47,415 nucleotides of DNA from Chromera velia. Lineage: Eukaryota. This document shows positions 11,376 through 23,122 of the stretch, one piece after another. Every line of letters begins with the position of its first letter. Within the stretch, counting starts at the first letter, position 1. The stretch lies in contig JAHBMJ010000491.1 of the NCBI GenBank assembly GCA_018398765.1, positions 1 through 47,415 of the forward strand, in the 5' to 3' direction. The notes beneath the pieces are model-generated. The model did not search any database, was not told the DNA's origin, and saw nothing but the letters and a program-made list of their open reading frames with translations. The translations under genes were made by a program, and so were the position numbers.

Positions 11376-13397
11376 ATGTCTTTTGAACAGTTCCAGGCGG
11401 AAGTAGGTGCGACTCTGCTACAGGTTCAGTAGGGCCTCACCGCAGTCCAGCAGACCCAGCAGCAGTAAGGGCAGATACTGGCAGAACTGCAGCAAAGACA
11501 GATAGAGCAAGCTGCTGCGGCAGTCCAGCAGCCAATGGATATACAAGGAGACGGCATGTTGTTTGGAGGCGGACAAGGTAGTCTACCTCCTCAGGCGCCT
11601 GAAGTTCGAGAACAAGTTCTCAGGACTACACTGAAGAATCCGGATATCTTTACGGGAGTGCGGGAGAAAACAGAAAGGTGGTACACTGATATGGACGATT
11701 GGTTTACGAATGTTCAGACCGCTCCGGAACGTTAACTCGGTCTGGCCAAGTCTTACTTGAGCCCTGAACTCAAGGACTGGTTTAACTTGGTAAAGTTGGA
11801 GGACGGCATTGCGTTTTGCGACTGGCCTGCCTTGAAGGACACATTGCTTCGTCAGTAGAGAGATAAGCACGTTCGCAGGGCAGCAAAGAAGAAGATCGTA
11901 ATCTTCAAGTGCACTGGAACTGTCAGCAACTACAACAACAAGTTCGACGTCGAGGCTTTGAAGCTGAAAAAGGCAGAGACGAGTGAGTGGGACCTCCTCG
12001 ACAGCTAAATTGAGGGTTTGCCACCTGCCGTCATGTTTCAGACCGAGAGACGGGAGCCGCAGACTCTGCAAGAGGCCATAGAGAAGGCCTTGGACAATGA
12101 GGCCTGGCTTCAACAGGCATCAGCTCGGGGAGGAAAGTGGGCCACAGGGACAGGACCGATTCTAGGGGAGTCTCCACCGATTGATCCAACTGGACCGGCT
12201 CCGATGGAACTCTGTGGGGTGCGTCGTGGCATGCCGCTTTGCGACCCCAGATTGCCCCAGGCCCTGTGGGAGGAAAGATGGAGACGGGGACTTTGCCTCC
12301 GGTGTGGTGATCCCAATCATCAGATAAGGCAATGCTGGAATGGGTTACGCGGTCCTCCGCAGGCATACACCATGTACACGTCCCCATTCGGAGGATGGCG
12401 GGAACCTCCACAGTAAGCAGCCCAGTTTCCCGAGTTTCGACGAGAAAGCTCTCCTCACGGATATTATGAGGGGGCTCGATACCCTTCTCCTTCTGGGTCA
12501 CCCTCTGTAGCGGGGGGGAGGGAGGAGACTCGTCAGCCAGGCAGGGGGTTCGGAAGCAATGTTCCTTTGGGGGGACAGGGGCGTACCTTCAGCGACACTC
12601 CATCGTTTGGTCGGCGAACGTCTTTACCGCCCCGGGGGTCACAACCAACGCGTCGGGTGGGACCTAGACGAATGGCAGGAGTGAGAACGATTCCCAGCCG
12701 GAGATAGGATGATCGCGTCATAGTTCCTCGGGAACCTGAGGTACATAGAGAAGTTGAAGAAGAAATAAGAAATATTAAGGAAGAAGGTGAGGGGTCGGGG
12801 GAGGAAGAAGAAGATGATGGTGATAAAAGTTACAGAGAGGGATTTGTCTATCAAGGCACGATTGCTGGCAGTCTAGTCAAAGTGTTTTATGATAATGGAG
12901 CTGGTGACATTTTTGTTGATAACAAGTTTACACACAATCGGCAGCTCTATATTTACAGGTTTTCGACCCCTATGAGATGTCGGATGGCGGTGAAGGAGAA
13001 TGGGAGACTGGACGCTACGGTTAGTGAGTATACACCTCAAGTGCCTCTGCGCATAGTACAGGGGTATTCAAAAATTGTGGGTGCATTGCTTGCTGACCTG
13101 GATGGCTATGACGTGATCCTCGGTCAAAAATGGAGTGACGCACACAACGTCGAGCTCGACCATCCAACTCGGTCTTTTTGGTTCTCTTTCAAACGCCATG
13201 AAGTGATTTTGAAGGGAGGGTACAAGAAAGAAAAAAATTGCCCTCCCTTCTTGAATCTTGTGCAGGCTAGACGTTGCATCAAGAGGAGAGCGCCGTTTTA
13301 TATCGTGTACATAGAGACGGTGCGCCCACGACCACCTGCACAGGAGGAGTGCGAAGTGCAGACAACTGAAGTGAGTGAATTAGGGGAGAATGGATGA
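11376..13397 (+). pseudogene. gag: gag (CCHC zinc knuckle) and aspartic protease, with in-frame stops
   Basis: One frame from ATG 11376 with several TAA/TAG stops; knuckle CLRCGDPNHQIRQC at ~12294; protease motifs FYDNGA and YDVILGQKW. Confidence 0.85.
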
Positions 13398-16300
13398 CAA
13401 GGGGATTTATGGGTCTGACTTTCTTTCTTCTCTTTCTTCTGATCATCTTGTCTATTCTTCTTCCAATCTTTCTGAAGTACGTACATTTCTCAATCGACCG
13501 GATCCAGAGGTGCCTCGTGATGTGAAAGAAATTATGGCAGATCATGCATCTCTTTTCCTTGATCGACTCTCTCATCTGCCACCGTCTAGAGGTCCTCATT
13601 TGGACTTCAAAATTGAACTTGAGCCTGGTCATTCATCTCCTGCGCGTCCACCTTACCGATTATAAGTAGGAAAGACAGATGAGCTGAGGAGACAGCTAGA
13701 CATATATCTTGAACAAGGATTCATTCAACCGTCTGCTTCTCCTTATGCTGCTCCTGTTCTTTTCGTACAAAAAAAAGACAGATCGATGAGGATGTGTTGC
13801 GATTACACAGGCTTGAATTGCATTACAATAAAAGATAAGCATTCACTCCCTCATCCGCAGGAATTAATTGATCAACTCCATGGGGCACGATTTTTCACGA
13901 CTCTAGATCTATATCAGTACTATCATCAAATGAGAGTCAGGGAGGAAGACATCCCTAAGACAGCCTTTACAACACGATATGGCTCTTTTGAGTGGCTGGT
14001 CGTTTCTTTCGGTTTGATGAACGCGCCACCTTCTGCGATGAAGCTGATTCAATTTGCTCTTCGATCCTGTCTCGATCGTTTCATTTCGGTGTTTCTGGAT
14101 GACATCCTCATTTATTCATGCATTAGAGAAGAACATAAAAAACATATTCGCACTGTCGTGCGTTTGCTCAGTGAGAACAATCTGTATGTCAAGCTCTCAA
14201 AGTGCCACTTCATGTAGAGTGAGGTGACCTTTCTGGGCTTGAGAATTTCTAGGATTGGGGTTCGACCAGAGGTCAGCAAAACAGAGGCAGTCAACTAGTG
14301 GCCGACCCCAAAGAATAGAAAGGACGTGCTCTCTTTCTTAGGGTTTGCGAATTGGATGAGGAGATTCGTTCTCCATTTCAGTGAGAAAGCGGGACCTCTC
14401 TATGCTTTGTTGAAAGCGAAGCGGGTATTTGAATGGGAAAAAAAAGAACAGAGAAGTTTTCAAGTACTGAAAGAAACAGTCAGAAATACAGTTGAGTTAT
14501 TCATTCCCAATCCTGCCCGCCCATTTGAAATTTTTGTGGACGTATGCGAATCGACTGAGACCTTGGGTGTCGCTTTGATGCAAGAGGATCTGGAGAATCT
14601 GATTGGTTACTTACGTCCGTGTGCTTTTGCTTCTCGTCGTATGAGCCCAGCAGAATTGAAGTATCATATTAGAGAGAAAGAATTTCTAGGGTGTGTTTTT
14701 GCAGTGAAGACGTGGAGACCATACGTGAATCATACAACCAAGGTATGGTCGGATCATGAGTCTCTGAAATATGTGAATGTGTCTGCTGACCGTACCCTGA
14801 TGTCTCCATGTATGCGCAGATTCGTTTCGAGGTTTGATGAGCTCAAGATTACACCTCGGTACATCCCAGGTGCGCGAAACAGGGTGGCTGATGCATTAAG
14901 CAGGGTGCCTGGGTTGGCCGCACAGACGAAAGAGGTGCAGGAAGAGAGAAAAGACGTCTGTGAGCTTCTCTTGAATGAAGTGTATATACAGCTAGATGAA
15001 GAGTTCTTGGGGAAGATAAGAAAGGGGTATGAGGAGGAACAGTTCTGGAGGGAAATAAAGGAAACAGTAGAGCATCCTGAGAAAGGAGTGCCTCAGAGTC
15101 TGCGACTACGGCTGAGAGTGCAACCTTTTCATATGGAAGACGGACTGCTTTTCTTCAACGATCGACTGGCAGTCCCGACAGAAAGGCTGCAGAAAAATCT
15201 GATTTATGAACACCACGACACAGCCGTGGGGGGACATTTGGGGGGAGAGAAAACTTATCTGAAACTGGCTGGCTCTTTCTACTGGCCGTATATGTATGTG
15301 TTGGTCTAGCAGTATGTGAGGAAGTGTGACATTTGCCAGAGAGGGAAGAGACTGACAGAGAAGCAGCAAGGCCTCCTGCATCCACTTCCAATTCCTGAAT
15401 TTGCATTTCAGTCATTCTCTCTTGATTTTATATTTGGACTCCCGAGGGTGTTGTATAAGAGTGAATAGGTGGATGGAATTCTCTCTATTATCGATCGTCT
15501 GTCTAAAACTCTTTGCTTCATAATTGCAGTCTTCTCAGGAATCACGGCAGGGGGGACGGCAGAGGCAGTCTTTGAACGAGTGATCCTCGAGTACGGGATG
15601 CTTCAATCGGTGGTGAGTGATCGTGATCCTCGTTTCCTTTCTGCTTTTTGGCAGGAGCTTGCTCGACTGTGGAAGACAAAATTGAACATGAGCATGAAAG
15701 GGCATCCACAGTCGGATGGACAGACAGAGAGAGACAATCAAACGATTGAGCAAATGCTGTATTGTTTTATGGATGAACACCAGTCAGACTGGCCGAAGTG
15801 GTTGGCTGTGTGTCAGTTTGCATATTGTGATTCAGTTTATTCAGCTTTTGGCATGTCTTCATTCCGTTTTCTGTACGGCTGCGATCCCATTCGTCTGCCT
15901 TCTATCTCTGTACAAACGAAATCTTTCTACCCTCCAGCAGCAGAATTCACAGACGCCAGAGAGGCAGAAATTATGAGAGCAAAAGAAAGATTGCAGAAGG
16001 CAAGAGAGCAGATGGCACAACAGGTAGATCCACACAAGAGGGAAGTATCTTTCGAGCCTGGAAACTACGTACTTGTCCGTAATTCTTACTTCAAAGGAGA
16101 TAGAAAGCCAGGAAGAATAGTGAGGAAACTTAAGCCGGTGTATTATGGACCCTTTGAGGTAGAAAAAAAGATATACGACAACGCATATGAGCTCATTTTC
16201 CCTGCAGGCGTACGAACACACAACGTGATCAATGTCTGCTTCTTAAAAAAGTACGAGAGGAAGAAGACTGATCCGTTGCTTGCCATCTGCCTTCTAACCT

Positions 16301-16677
16301 CTCCAGAGGTGGAGTATGAAGTTGAAAAAATTCTGGATCATAGGCGGATCGACGGACAGGCGCACTATCTCGTCTGGTGGAAGGAGAAGAGTAAAAAGAA
16401 TGCGTCATGGGAACCGTCAGTCAGCCTCATGCATACAAAGGAAGCCCTGCATGCCTTCACGGAGAAAAGAAGAGAAGCAGTGAAGAAAAAGGCAGGCAGG
16501 TGTGGGATGAAGTTGAGAAGACGTGTGGTACACGTCAGTGCAGTCGAGAATGCCGTACGGAGCGGGGTGCGAATCTGTCAGTTAGAGACGCAGCTTCCTA
16601 GGCTGTATGCTCTTTGGCTATCTGCTTCTCAGCCTAAAGATACTGAGAGTGATTCCGAGGATGTCATGTACATGTGA
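13390..16677 (+). pseudogene. pol: pol: reverse transcriptase, RNase H, integrase and chromodomain, with in-frame stops
   Basis: RT motifs RMCCDY, KTAFTTRYGSFEW and FLDD; RNase H motifs WSDHESL and ADALSR; integrase HHCC (HD...GH...CDIC) with SDRDPRF and QSDGQTER; chromodomain YEVEKILDHR...YLVWW...SWEP at ~16315-16416. The frame is shifted relative to gag-PR. Confidence 0.95.
16482..16500 (+). promoter_or_regulatory. Polypurine-tract-like motif followed by TGTGGG; a second copy is at 16786-16799
   Basis: GAAGAAAAAGGCAGGCAGG|TGTGGG at 16482-16506 and AGAAGGCAGGCAGG|TGTGGG at 16786-16805. Confidence 0.55.
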
Positions 16678-17058
16678 TAGAAGAGGCACACTGTGGTGTC
16701 GGTCGTGGCTTACCGACTTCATTCATGCCTCTATAGTTCGATTTCGATGGTCTGAGTGATTGAGCTGAGCGTGGACGTCAGCTTCAGAAGGCAGGCAGGT
16801 GTGGGCCTATCACGAGCATCACGCCGCGTTAGCCTAAGAGCCGCCGCCAACCTCGCAACGCTGCGTGCGCTCAGTCTGAATAAAGTGACGTCTGACCTTT
16901 GCGTACGAAAGTTGTTCTGTGTCAGTCTCTCGATTATGGTGTTGACTGGTCTGAATAGTGGATCAACAGATTGATTCTGCTAGGTCACACTTTGATGTGA
17001 GTCTGCCTACGATCTACGCTTATCGTAATTGAGCCTTTAGTACTGTACGCAGCTTACA
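16662..17058 (+). repeat. 3' direct repeat (LTR; core LTR may be 16800-17058)
   Basis: Matches 10914-11310 and is followed by the TSD AGGGC. Confidence 0.9.
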
Positions 17059-18814
17059 AGGGCCCTCCGCCTCCTCCCAAACGAGTTTAAGCCTGCTACG
17101 GATACCACCTACATCCGTGACTCCACTCTGAACCATATCGTGCCATCGAATTTCAGCGAGCCTGGGGTTCACTTGATGATCGATCTTAACGCCGTGACTG
17201 GTATGATTGATACCACCCTTGAGAATCTCGTCATCTCCCCCTTCAGCAATGGCTGGAAGAAGTTCTACTACCTTATACCTCTACCTACATGCTACGTGTG
17301 CAATAAGTCATGCGTTCTATGGAAGCGAACCGACACCTGGATTTTCTTTAAATGCTCCGGCATGGTTTCCAACCGCACATTGACCAACGGCACCTACCTT
17401 ACGGACCCGTGCCCCCTGCAGGGCTTGACCATAAACCTAACCACCTATTTGACTATGATCAACGCGATCAAGTACTTGCGGGTCACTGACGTGTCGAGCA
17501 TCACCCACAAAGTCTTCAACTCCATCGCCGTTGTCAATGAGATTGACTGGGATACGCAGCAGGACTCCGAATGAGCGAGTCTGAAACACTCTGAAGTCGT
17601 TGAACATACATGCGGTTGCCGATACACATCAACGGGCCTTCTGTACTCATTCAAAATTTACTACTCATGCATGCATGCATATCAGACTGTTTGATGCCCT
17701 CTACATATCTCAAAAACATGGATTCATGCAATTCTGGTACAAACTTCACAGCTCCAGCTCTTAAAAAATCCCTTCAGTCTTGTTGTGCGTTCTTTACAAA
17801 AAAAATGATTACGTGACAGAGAAGATACTTCAAACCGCTCACTGAAACTCATGCAATCATTGGGTATCAGGAAGGTTTCATTCATTCTGTTAGTACATGG
17901 AGCCATGCATGCACGCATATGCAGTTCTTAGACTACTGACTTCTACTGTATATACAGCGTTCACATGATTGAAATTCCTTCCACTGAAACACTTGTTCCT
18001 GGCTCTGCACAGATCTACTATTCACCGATATGTACTATAAATCAACTAAAATCACAGTGGTGCATTTGATCCTACAATACAACTCGTAATGATCATGCAT
18101 ATATGTTCTTTTTGTGATTCATCATACGGTCTTACTCGATCATGCATTCTTTTAACGTTCTACACCATAGAAACAATTGATTTCTTTACATAATTCAATT
18201 CTCTGAATAAACATTTATCTTTTACTAGATTTTTTATCACAATTCCTTTTTGAATGAATGATACAAAAAAAATTAAACTTATACGTATCTTTAGACTGTA
18301 GTTCACACTCAATGTTTACTTTAGAATTGTGTAGAAAACATTAATCTGTTTTATTTATCTTCTTTCACATATAACATTATTCCCTAAAAATTTCAGTGAA
18401 AAACCCTAACCCTAGTAAATATAAAGTTAATATTCGCACACATGATACTTTTATATGTCATACTTATAAAATCTTGTACATGCATATATATGCTCTAATT
18501 TTTGTTTTCCTATAGTATTTTTTTTCAAGTACAACAAGATGTTAAATGGTAGAAGTTAGAGGTGATTTGAGGTGCAGACTTCTCTTCTGCAACAGTATAG
18601 CCCTTCTTCTATGTATAGTTCATTATATAATGATTTTCCATTTCACTATATTTTACCAACATACACTTTACTACAGCCACATTTAACTGTATAATTCAAT
18701 TTCATCACATCGACCTACTTTTAATAATTTTGTTCACCCTTGAAGGTTCGATTTCATGCTCACTCAGAGCTATACCGGCGCCTGCGAGGTAGTCGCCTGC
18801 TTGCTAACAATGCC

Positions 18815-19095
18815 CCCAGGGCCCCCGAGGCACTCACCCAACTTGTTGGGTGTATTCCGTATGTAGAGCAACTAGGATTGACGGAAATACGAACCAAACC
18901 TATATGCATACCGGACCAATACACGCCCGGAGAGGCGCGGTATCGGTCGCATGCATGCACGATGCATGGTCGCACCCGAGAAAAACCATGCAATCCCGCG
19001 CGCGCGGATGGCGCGCCACATGCATCCACATGCACCAGAGAGACACTAAAGAAAATCCACATGCGCGCCACGCACAGAACTTAATTGCATGCGAA
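18815..19095. promoter_or_regulatory. Putative IFT22 promoter with clustered GCATGC/TGCATGCA and GGGCCC motifs
   Basis: Motif cluster ~240-520 bp upstream of the ATG. TGCATGCA is a known ApiAP2-bound element in apicomplexans. Confidence 0.4.
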
Positions 19096-19332
19096 GTGTT
19101 GTTTGTTAACTCCTCTCTCGCTTGATTCTTCCTCTAGCTGGCATCTCTTCGAAGGCAGAAGAAAGTCTTAATCGGAAGTGCCGAGGGCTCATTGAACTGT
19201 CAGGCAGTGGCCGTATGTATATTTGAATCTGCATATAGACGTGGAACAGAAAATCCGCACAGGTGTTGCTTCTGGGTCACCAGTCTCTGTCTCTCTGTCT
19301 GTGTGACCAGTTCTGTCGATCCAAACCACAGG

Positions 19333-21885
19333 ATGTCGGTGAAGGTCCTGGTGGTGGGGCCAAGCCAGTCGGGGAAGTCGTTTCTCTCCAACGTGCTGGC
19401 GGATGTGTCCGACAAGCCATCGGAAGTCTACAGGAAGACGGAAGGGTGCAGGTGAGTGACGAGACCTCAGAGCAGATATCCATCCGCCCAGGCAGCCCCA
19501 CAGAGACGAATGGAGAGTGTGCTTGGAAGAGCAACAGAACGGTTTTTCTTCATCTCTTGTCTTCACCTTTAAATGCCTCTTTCCCCTTCAGCCCCTCTCT
19601 TCAGTGTCCGTCTGTGCGTCGCGTTGCGCTTGAGAGTACGTGAGTGAAGCTTCATGAGAGTAAGAGGATAAGGTTGTGTCTGAATGGTCTACCATATCCC
19701 CGAGTGGCCCTGCGTAGATCGACTGTGCAATCCTCCCCCTCCCTGCTTGCATGCCTCCAGGATTTGAAGAATCATTTCGCTGTGCCTGCCTGCTTGCCTC
19801 CCTCCTTTCCACTCTGGTCCCTTTTCCTCCCTCCCTTCAGGATTTTGGAGTTCGAACGGGAGCTGCCGACCTCAAAGCAGAACTTTGCGGTAGAACTATG
19901 GGACGTGGGGGGAGACCAGAAGTGAGTGGGTGGAAGAAAAAAACGCGCTCCCTGCTCTTACAGAGAGGCAGAGCGTGGGAGACGGACAGCACCTCTGTGT
20001 TAACCTTTTCACCTTATTTCTGGTTCATGGACATACACATGTATGCGTGTATGTCTGTTTGTTTTTCTGTCTATCTGACCGCCTGTCTTGTCTCCCTGCG
20101 TGTTCAGACAGGAAGGAAGAGAGGTCGTGCGGACGAAAGAAGCCGTTTTGATTGCCTTTCTCTACCGCTTTCCCTCTGTCTGTCTGACGAAAAGAGTATT
20201 AAAATGACTACTGTCACGCTCTCTGTCCGTCCATCTATCTGCAGGTTGTCAAAATGTTGGCCTGCCATTCAGAGAGAGTCCTCTGCTTGCGTGCTTGTGT
20301 ACAACCCTGAGGTGCCTGCGAACTGCAAAGAGGTCGAGCAGTGGTGAGTCAGTCAGCGGAGTGGAGAGGGGAAGGTGAGAGGAAGAGAGAGTGTAGAGAT
20401 TCAGTATGCAGTGGGAGTTCGCAGAGAACCTTCATGCGTTGCCTCCCTCCTCCTGGTCCTGTTTTCTTTCTCTCAGCCTTTTTGTTTCTTTGTCCGATTC
20501 GGAGAGCAGACGAAGGAAAGTTTCTCCCTTCTCTTCCGTCATCTTGTTTCTCTCTCTTTCCCTTCTTGATCTCGTGTTCGTGTTGAATTCAATGCTTCTT
20601 GAATACATACATGCAGGTACGACAAATTCGCGGCCTCCAACGGAATCCCTGGAAATCTCTGTATGGTCAGTCGGTCGACTGGTCGGTTGGGGGATCGCTC
20701 TGTCGGCGTAAAAAAATGTATCAGGTGTACTTGAAATAGAGATAGAGAGAGACAAAGGGGAAGGAGGGCGAGACGGCAAAGACATACAGTTGGTTGGGGT
20801 GTCTGTCTGCAAGGGTGCGTGCAGATGCATTTGCTTTCCTTCCTGCATTGCGACGGTCAGCCCATCAAATGGGTGGTACTGTTGATATAATTATGTGGGT
20901 GGGTAGGGTGCCCGTTCATATGTGCAGATCGGCCGTCTCTTCTATCTGGTGGGTGCATAGGTGAATGTTGGTTAATTCGTTCTAGTTCTGAAGGTTAGAG
21001 CGCAGCTGTTCTGGTTTTTGAGTGCTTTTCCATTCAGCCCTCTTCTAAGTGCATGTGGTCCATCAGTGTCCAGAGGGAAGCCATCCATCTATTCATCCGT
21101 CCATCCAACCAAGTTTCTTTCTCCGCCTGCATGAGTGAGTGTATGTAAGCACTCTTTCCCTCCCACGTGTCTCACCGTTGCCTTTCCAATCTGAGCAGCT
21201 CGTGGGGTCCTCTACCAGTGCGAAGTCGACGCAGGCATTCGCTCCACGTCAGTCAGTCATCAGTCAGTCAGTGAGTTGAAGAGTGATTGAGTCCGCTAGA
21301 CTTTTTTCTGCCAGACGTGTGAATGACACAAAAGAGGAAATGGTAACTGCGTGTTGGGTCGACTTAATTTCCTCCCGCTGGCTCTGTGCCATGAAGGGGG
21401 CATGCAACGACACCGAGAGTGGGAGATCGAGTCATCAACCTCCCTCCCTCCCTCCTTCTCTCATCGGATCATGTGCTTGTCTCGGCTATCTTAATTGTCG
21501 TTCGTTCCTTTTTTGTCTGAATTTTTTTTTGGGCTTCTTCTATTATACGTTCCAAGAGGCTGGCTGGCTTCTTGATTGAAAACTCAGGCGATCTTCTTCA
21601 TTGAATTTCTTTCCCGCCAAGTCGACCTGTTCTCTCTCTCTTTGTGTTCTGGCCGCTTCTTTCAAGAGAAAGAGAGGGGATCCCCGTAGCGAGAGAGAGA
21701 GAGTTTTGGATACGGAAAGCTTCACAAGCGGGTGGAAGGGAGAGGAAAGGGTGGAAGGGGCGTCGTGGTCGTTCCCATGTTCCAGAATCAATCAATCAAT
21801 CAATCAAGTCCCTGGTGGATCCACCAGACCCCTTTTTGTTCACAAACCAGATGGAAGCTCCGTCTCTTGTTTTTCTTTTGTCTAT

Positions 21886-21927
<42 letters not shown>

Positions 21928-22268
21928 TTGTTTCTTTCGATCACATGCACCCCCTGCAGCTGCCAAGCTATCGGCACTGACGGGCGGCAAGAACGTGCAC
22001 CTCCTCTGTCCTGAGACGGCTCCTCAACTTCGTGTGGATTTTGATTCCTTTCTCGAAAAGGTTGGTGGATCGAGTTGGTCTCTCTCGGGTGATGCGCTTG
22101 TTTTCAAGCCGTACGTAGGGGAGCGTTTTTCTTTTTTCATCCTTCGTTTGTTATTTGGAGTGGCGTAGTTTGCTTTCTCGTTTGGGGTTTTTTTTGTCGC
22201 TCCACTTCTCTGTTCATGTCTTTACACACGGTTTCTTTTTCTGATGACTGTCATCCTGCTCTACCTCT

Positions 22269-22329
<61 letters not shown>

Positions 22330-22453
22330 CGTGCATGCATGCGTGCTAACAATCGTTCTGATTTTGGTTTTGTATGATTCTTTTGCCTTTTTGCAGGTAT
22401 ACAGCAGCCAAAGAGCAAAGCAGGCGCGTATTGAAGAGGATCTCATAGCTTGA
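19333..22453 (+). CDS. IFT22: Intraflagellar transport protein 22 (Rab-like 5 GTPase), 184 aa; exons 19333-19451, 19841-19921, 20245-20343, 20617-20665, 21199-21247, 21960-22060, 22397-22453
   Basis: MSVKVLVVGPSQSGKSFLSNVLA (P-loop), Y..TEGCRILEFE, VELWDVGGD and CWPAI...VLVYN are RABL5/IFT22 signatures. All introns are GT-AG and phase-consistent, 555 nt in total. Confidence 0.9.
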
Positions 22454-22890
22454 TGACTGTTGATGATCTCCTAAAACAACAATAAAGTCGGAACACTGTC
22501 TTTAGTTGTTTCAACAAGAATAATGATTGATGTATATATTACTGTAACGATTGATAAGGATATGCAGTGATAATATCACGTATGTACTATGTAGTGAGGC
22601 TAGTACTACAAGGCTACCGGAAGTAAACCTAGAAGTAAACGGAGGTAAGTAAAAATTAAAGTATTGTGCAAATACATCATCGGAACACAATTCAATACTA
22701 ATACTAATACACAATTCAAAATGTTTCTTATTTTTAGGTCTTTATATGTCCTTGTTAATAAAATTAATTCATTCTGTAGTATATTATGGAGTACGGACTC
22801 CGAGTACCTACATTGTATCACGTCATAATGCGCCCAACACCGCCGTTGCCGCCGCGCCCCCACCGCAACTGCGCATGACCACTGTATGGG

Positions 22891-23122
22891 ACCTTCCTAA
22901 ACCTAACTACCACTTAAAAGTTTAGGCCGCATTTTTAAATATACTTGAAAGTCTGCACCGTAGGCGCAGATCATTTATGGTGTCTTGAAAGCCAAAGCCG
23001 CATATCTGGACAGTGTCTTGACCATCTCCACCGCATGCGTGGACAGTCTCTTGAAAAAAGATGCCGCAGATAGAGATGATCTTGATTATATTTTTTCAAG
23101 TGGTACTTAGGTTCAGGGAGGT
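22891..23122. repeat. 29-bp imperfect inverted repeat enclosing five degenerate ~33-37-bp CCGCA...CTTGA units (MITE-like or subterminal repeat block)
   Basis: 22891-22919 matches the reverse complement of 23094-23122 at 25/29. Units start at ~22927, 22964, 22998, 23031 and 23064. Confidence 0.55.

Larger units (their letters stand above)
10868..17058 (+). mobile_element. Ty3/Gypsy LTR retrotransposon with chromodomain integrase (chromovirus), decayed; TSD AGGGC
   Basis: TG...CA termini; AGGGC at 10863-10867 and 17059-17063; 397-bp direct repeats at 10914-11310 and 16662-17058; domain order gag-PR-RT-RH-IN-chromo. Confidence 0.95.
10578..17574 (+). pseudogene. Small Cys-motif ORF interrupted by the Ty3/Gypsy insertion (left part 10578-10867, right part 17064-17574)
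   Basis: Removing 10868-17063 restores the frame ...QANLIR-ALRLLPNEFKPATDTTYIRDSTLNHIVPSNFSEPG..., which is continuous with ORF 17140..17574 (CYVC-x3-C...FFKC...CP). Three in-frame TAA codons lie in the 5' part. Confidence 0.7.

Noticed and set aside
10578..16677. Alternative genetic code (TAA/TAG = Gln) as an explanation of in-frame stops
   Set aside because: Host genes end in TAA (26409-26411) and TAG (29153-29155), and their long exons lack in-frame TAA/TAG. Some retroelement stops replace non-Gln residues.
18400..18416. Telomere-like AAACCCTAACCCTAG (also 26639 and 28425)
   Set aside because: Only one or two units in AT-rich DNA, too short to call interstitial telomere.
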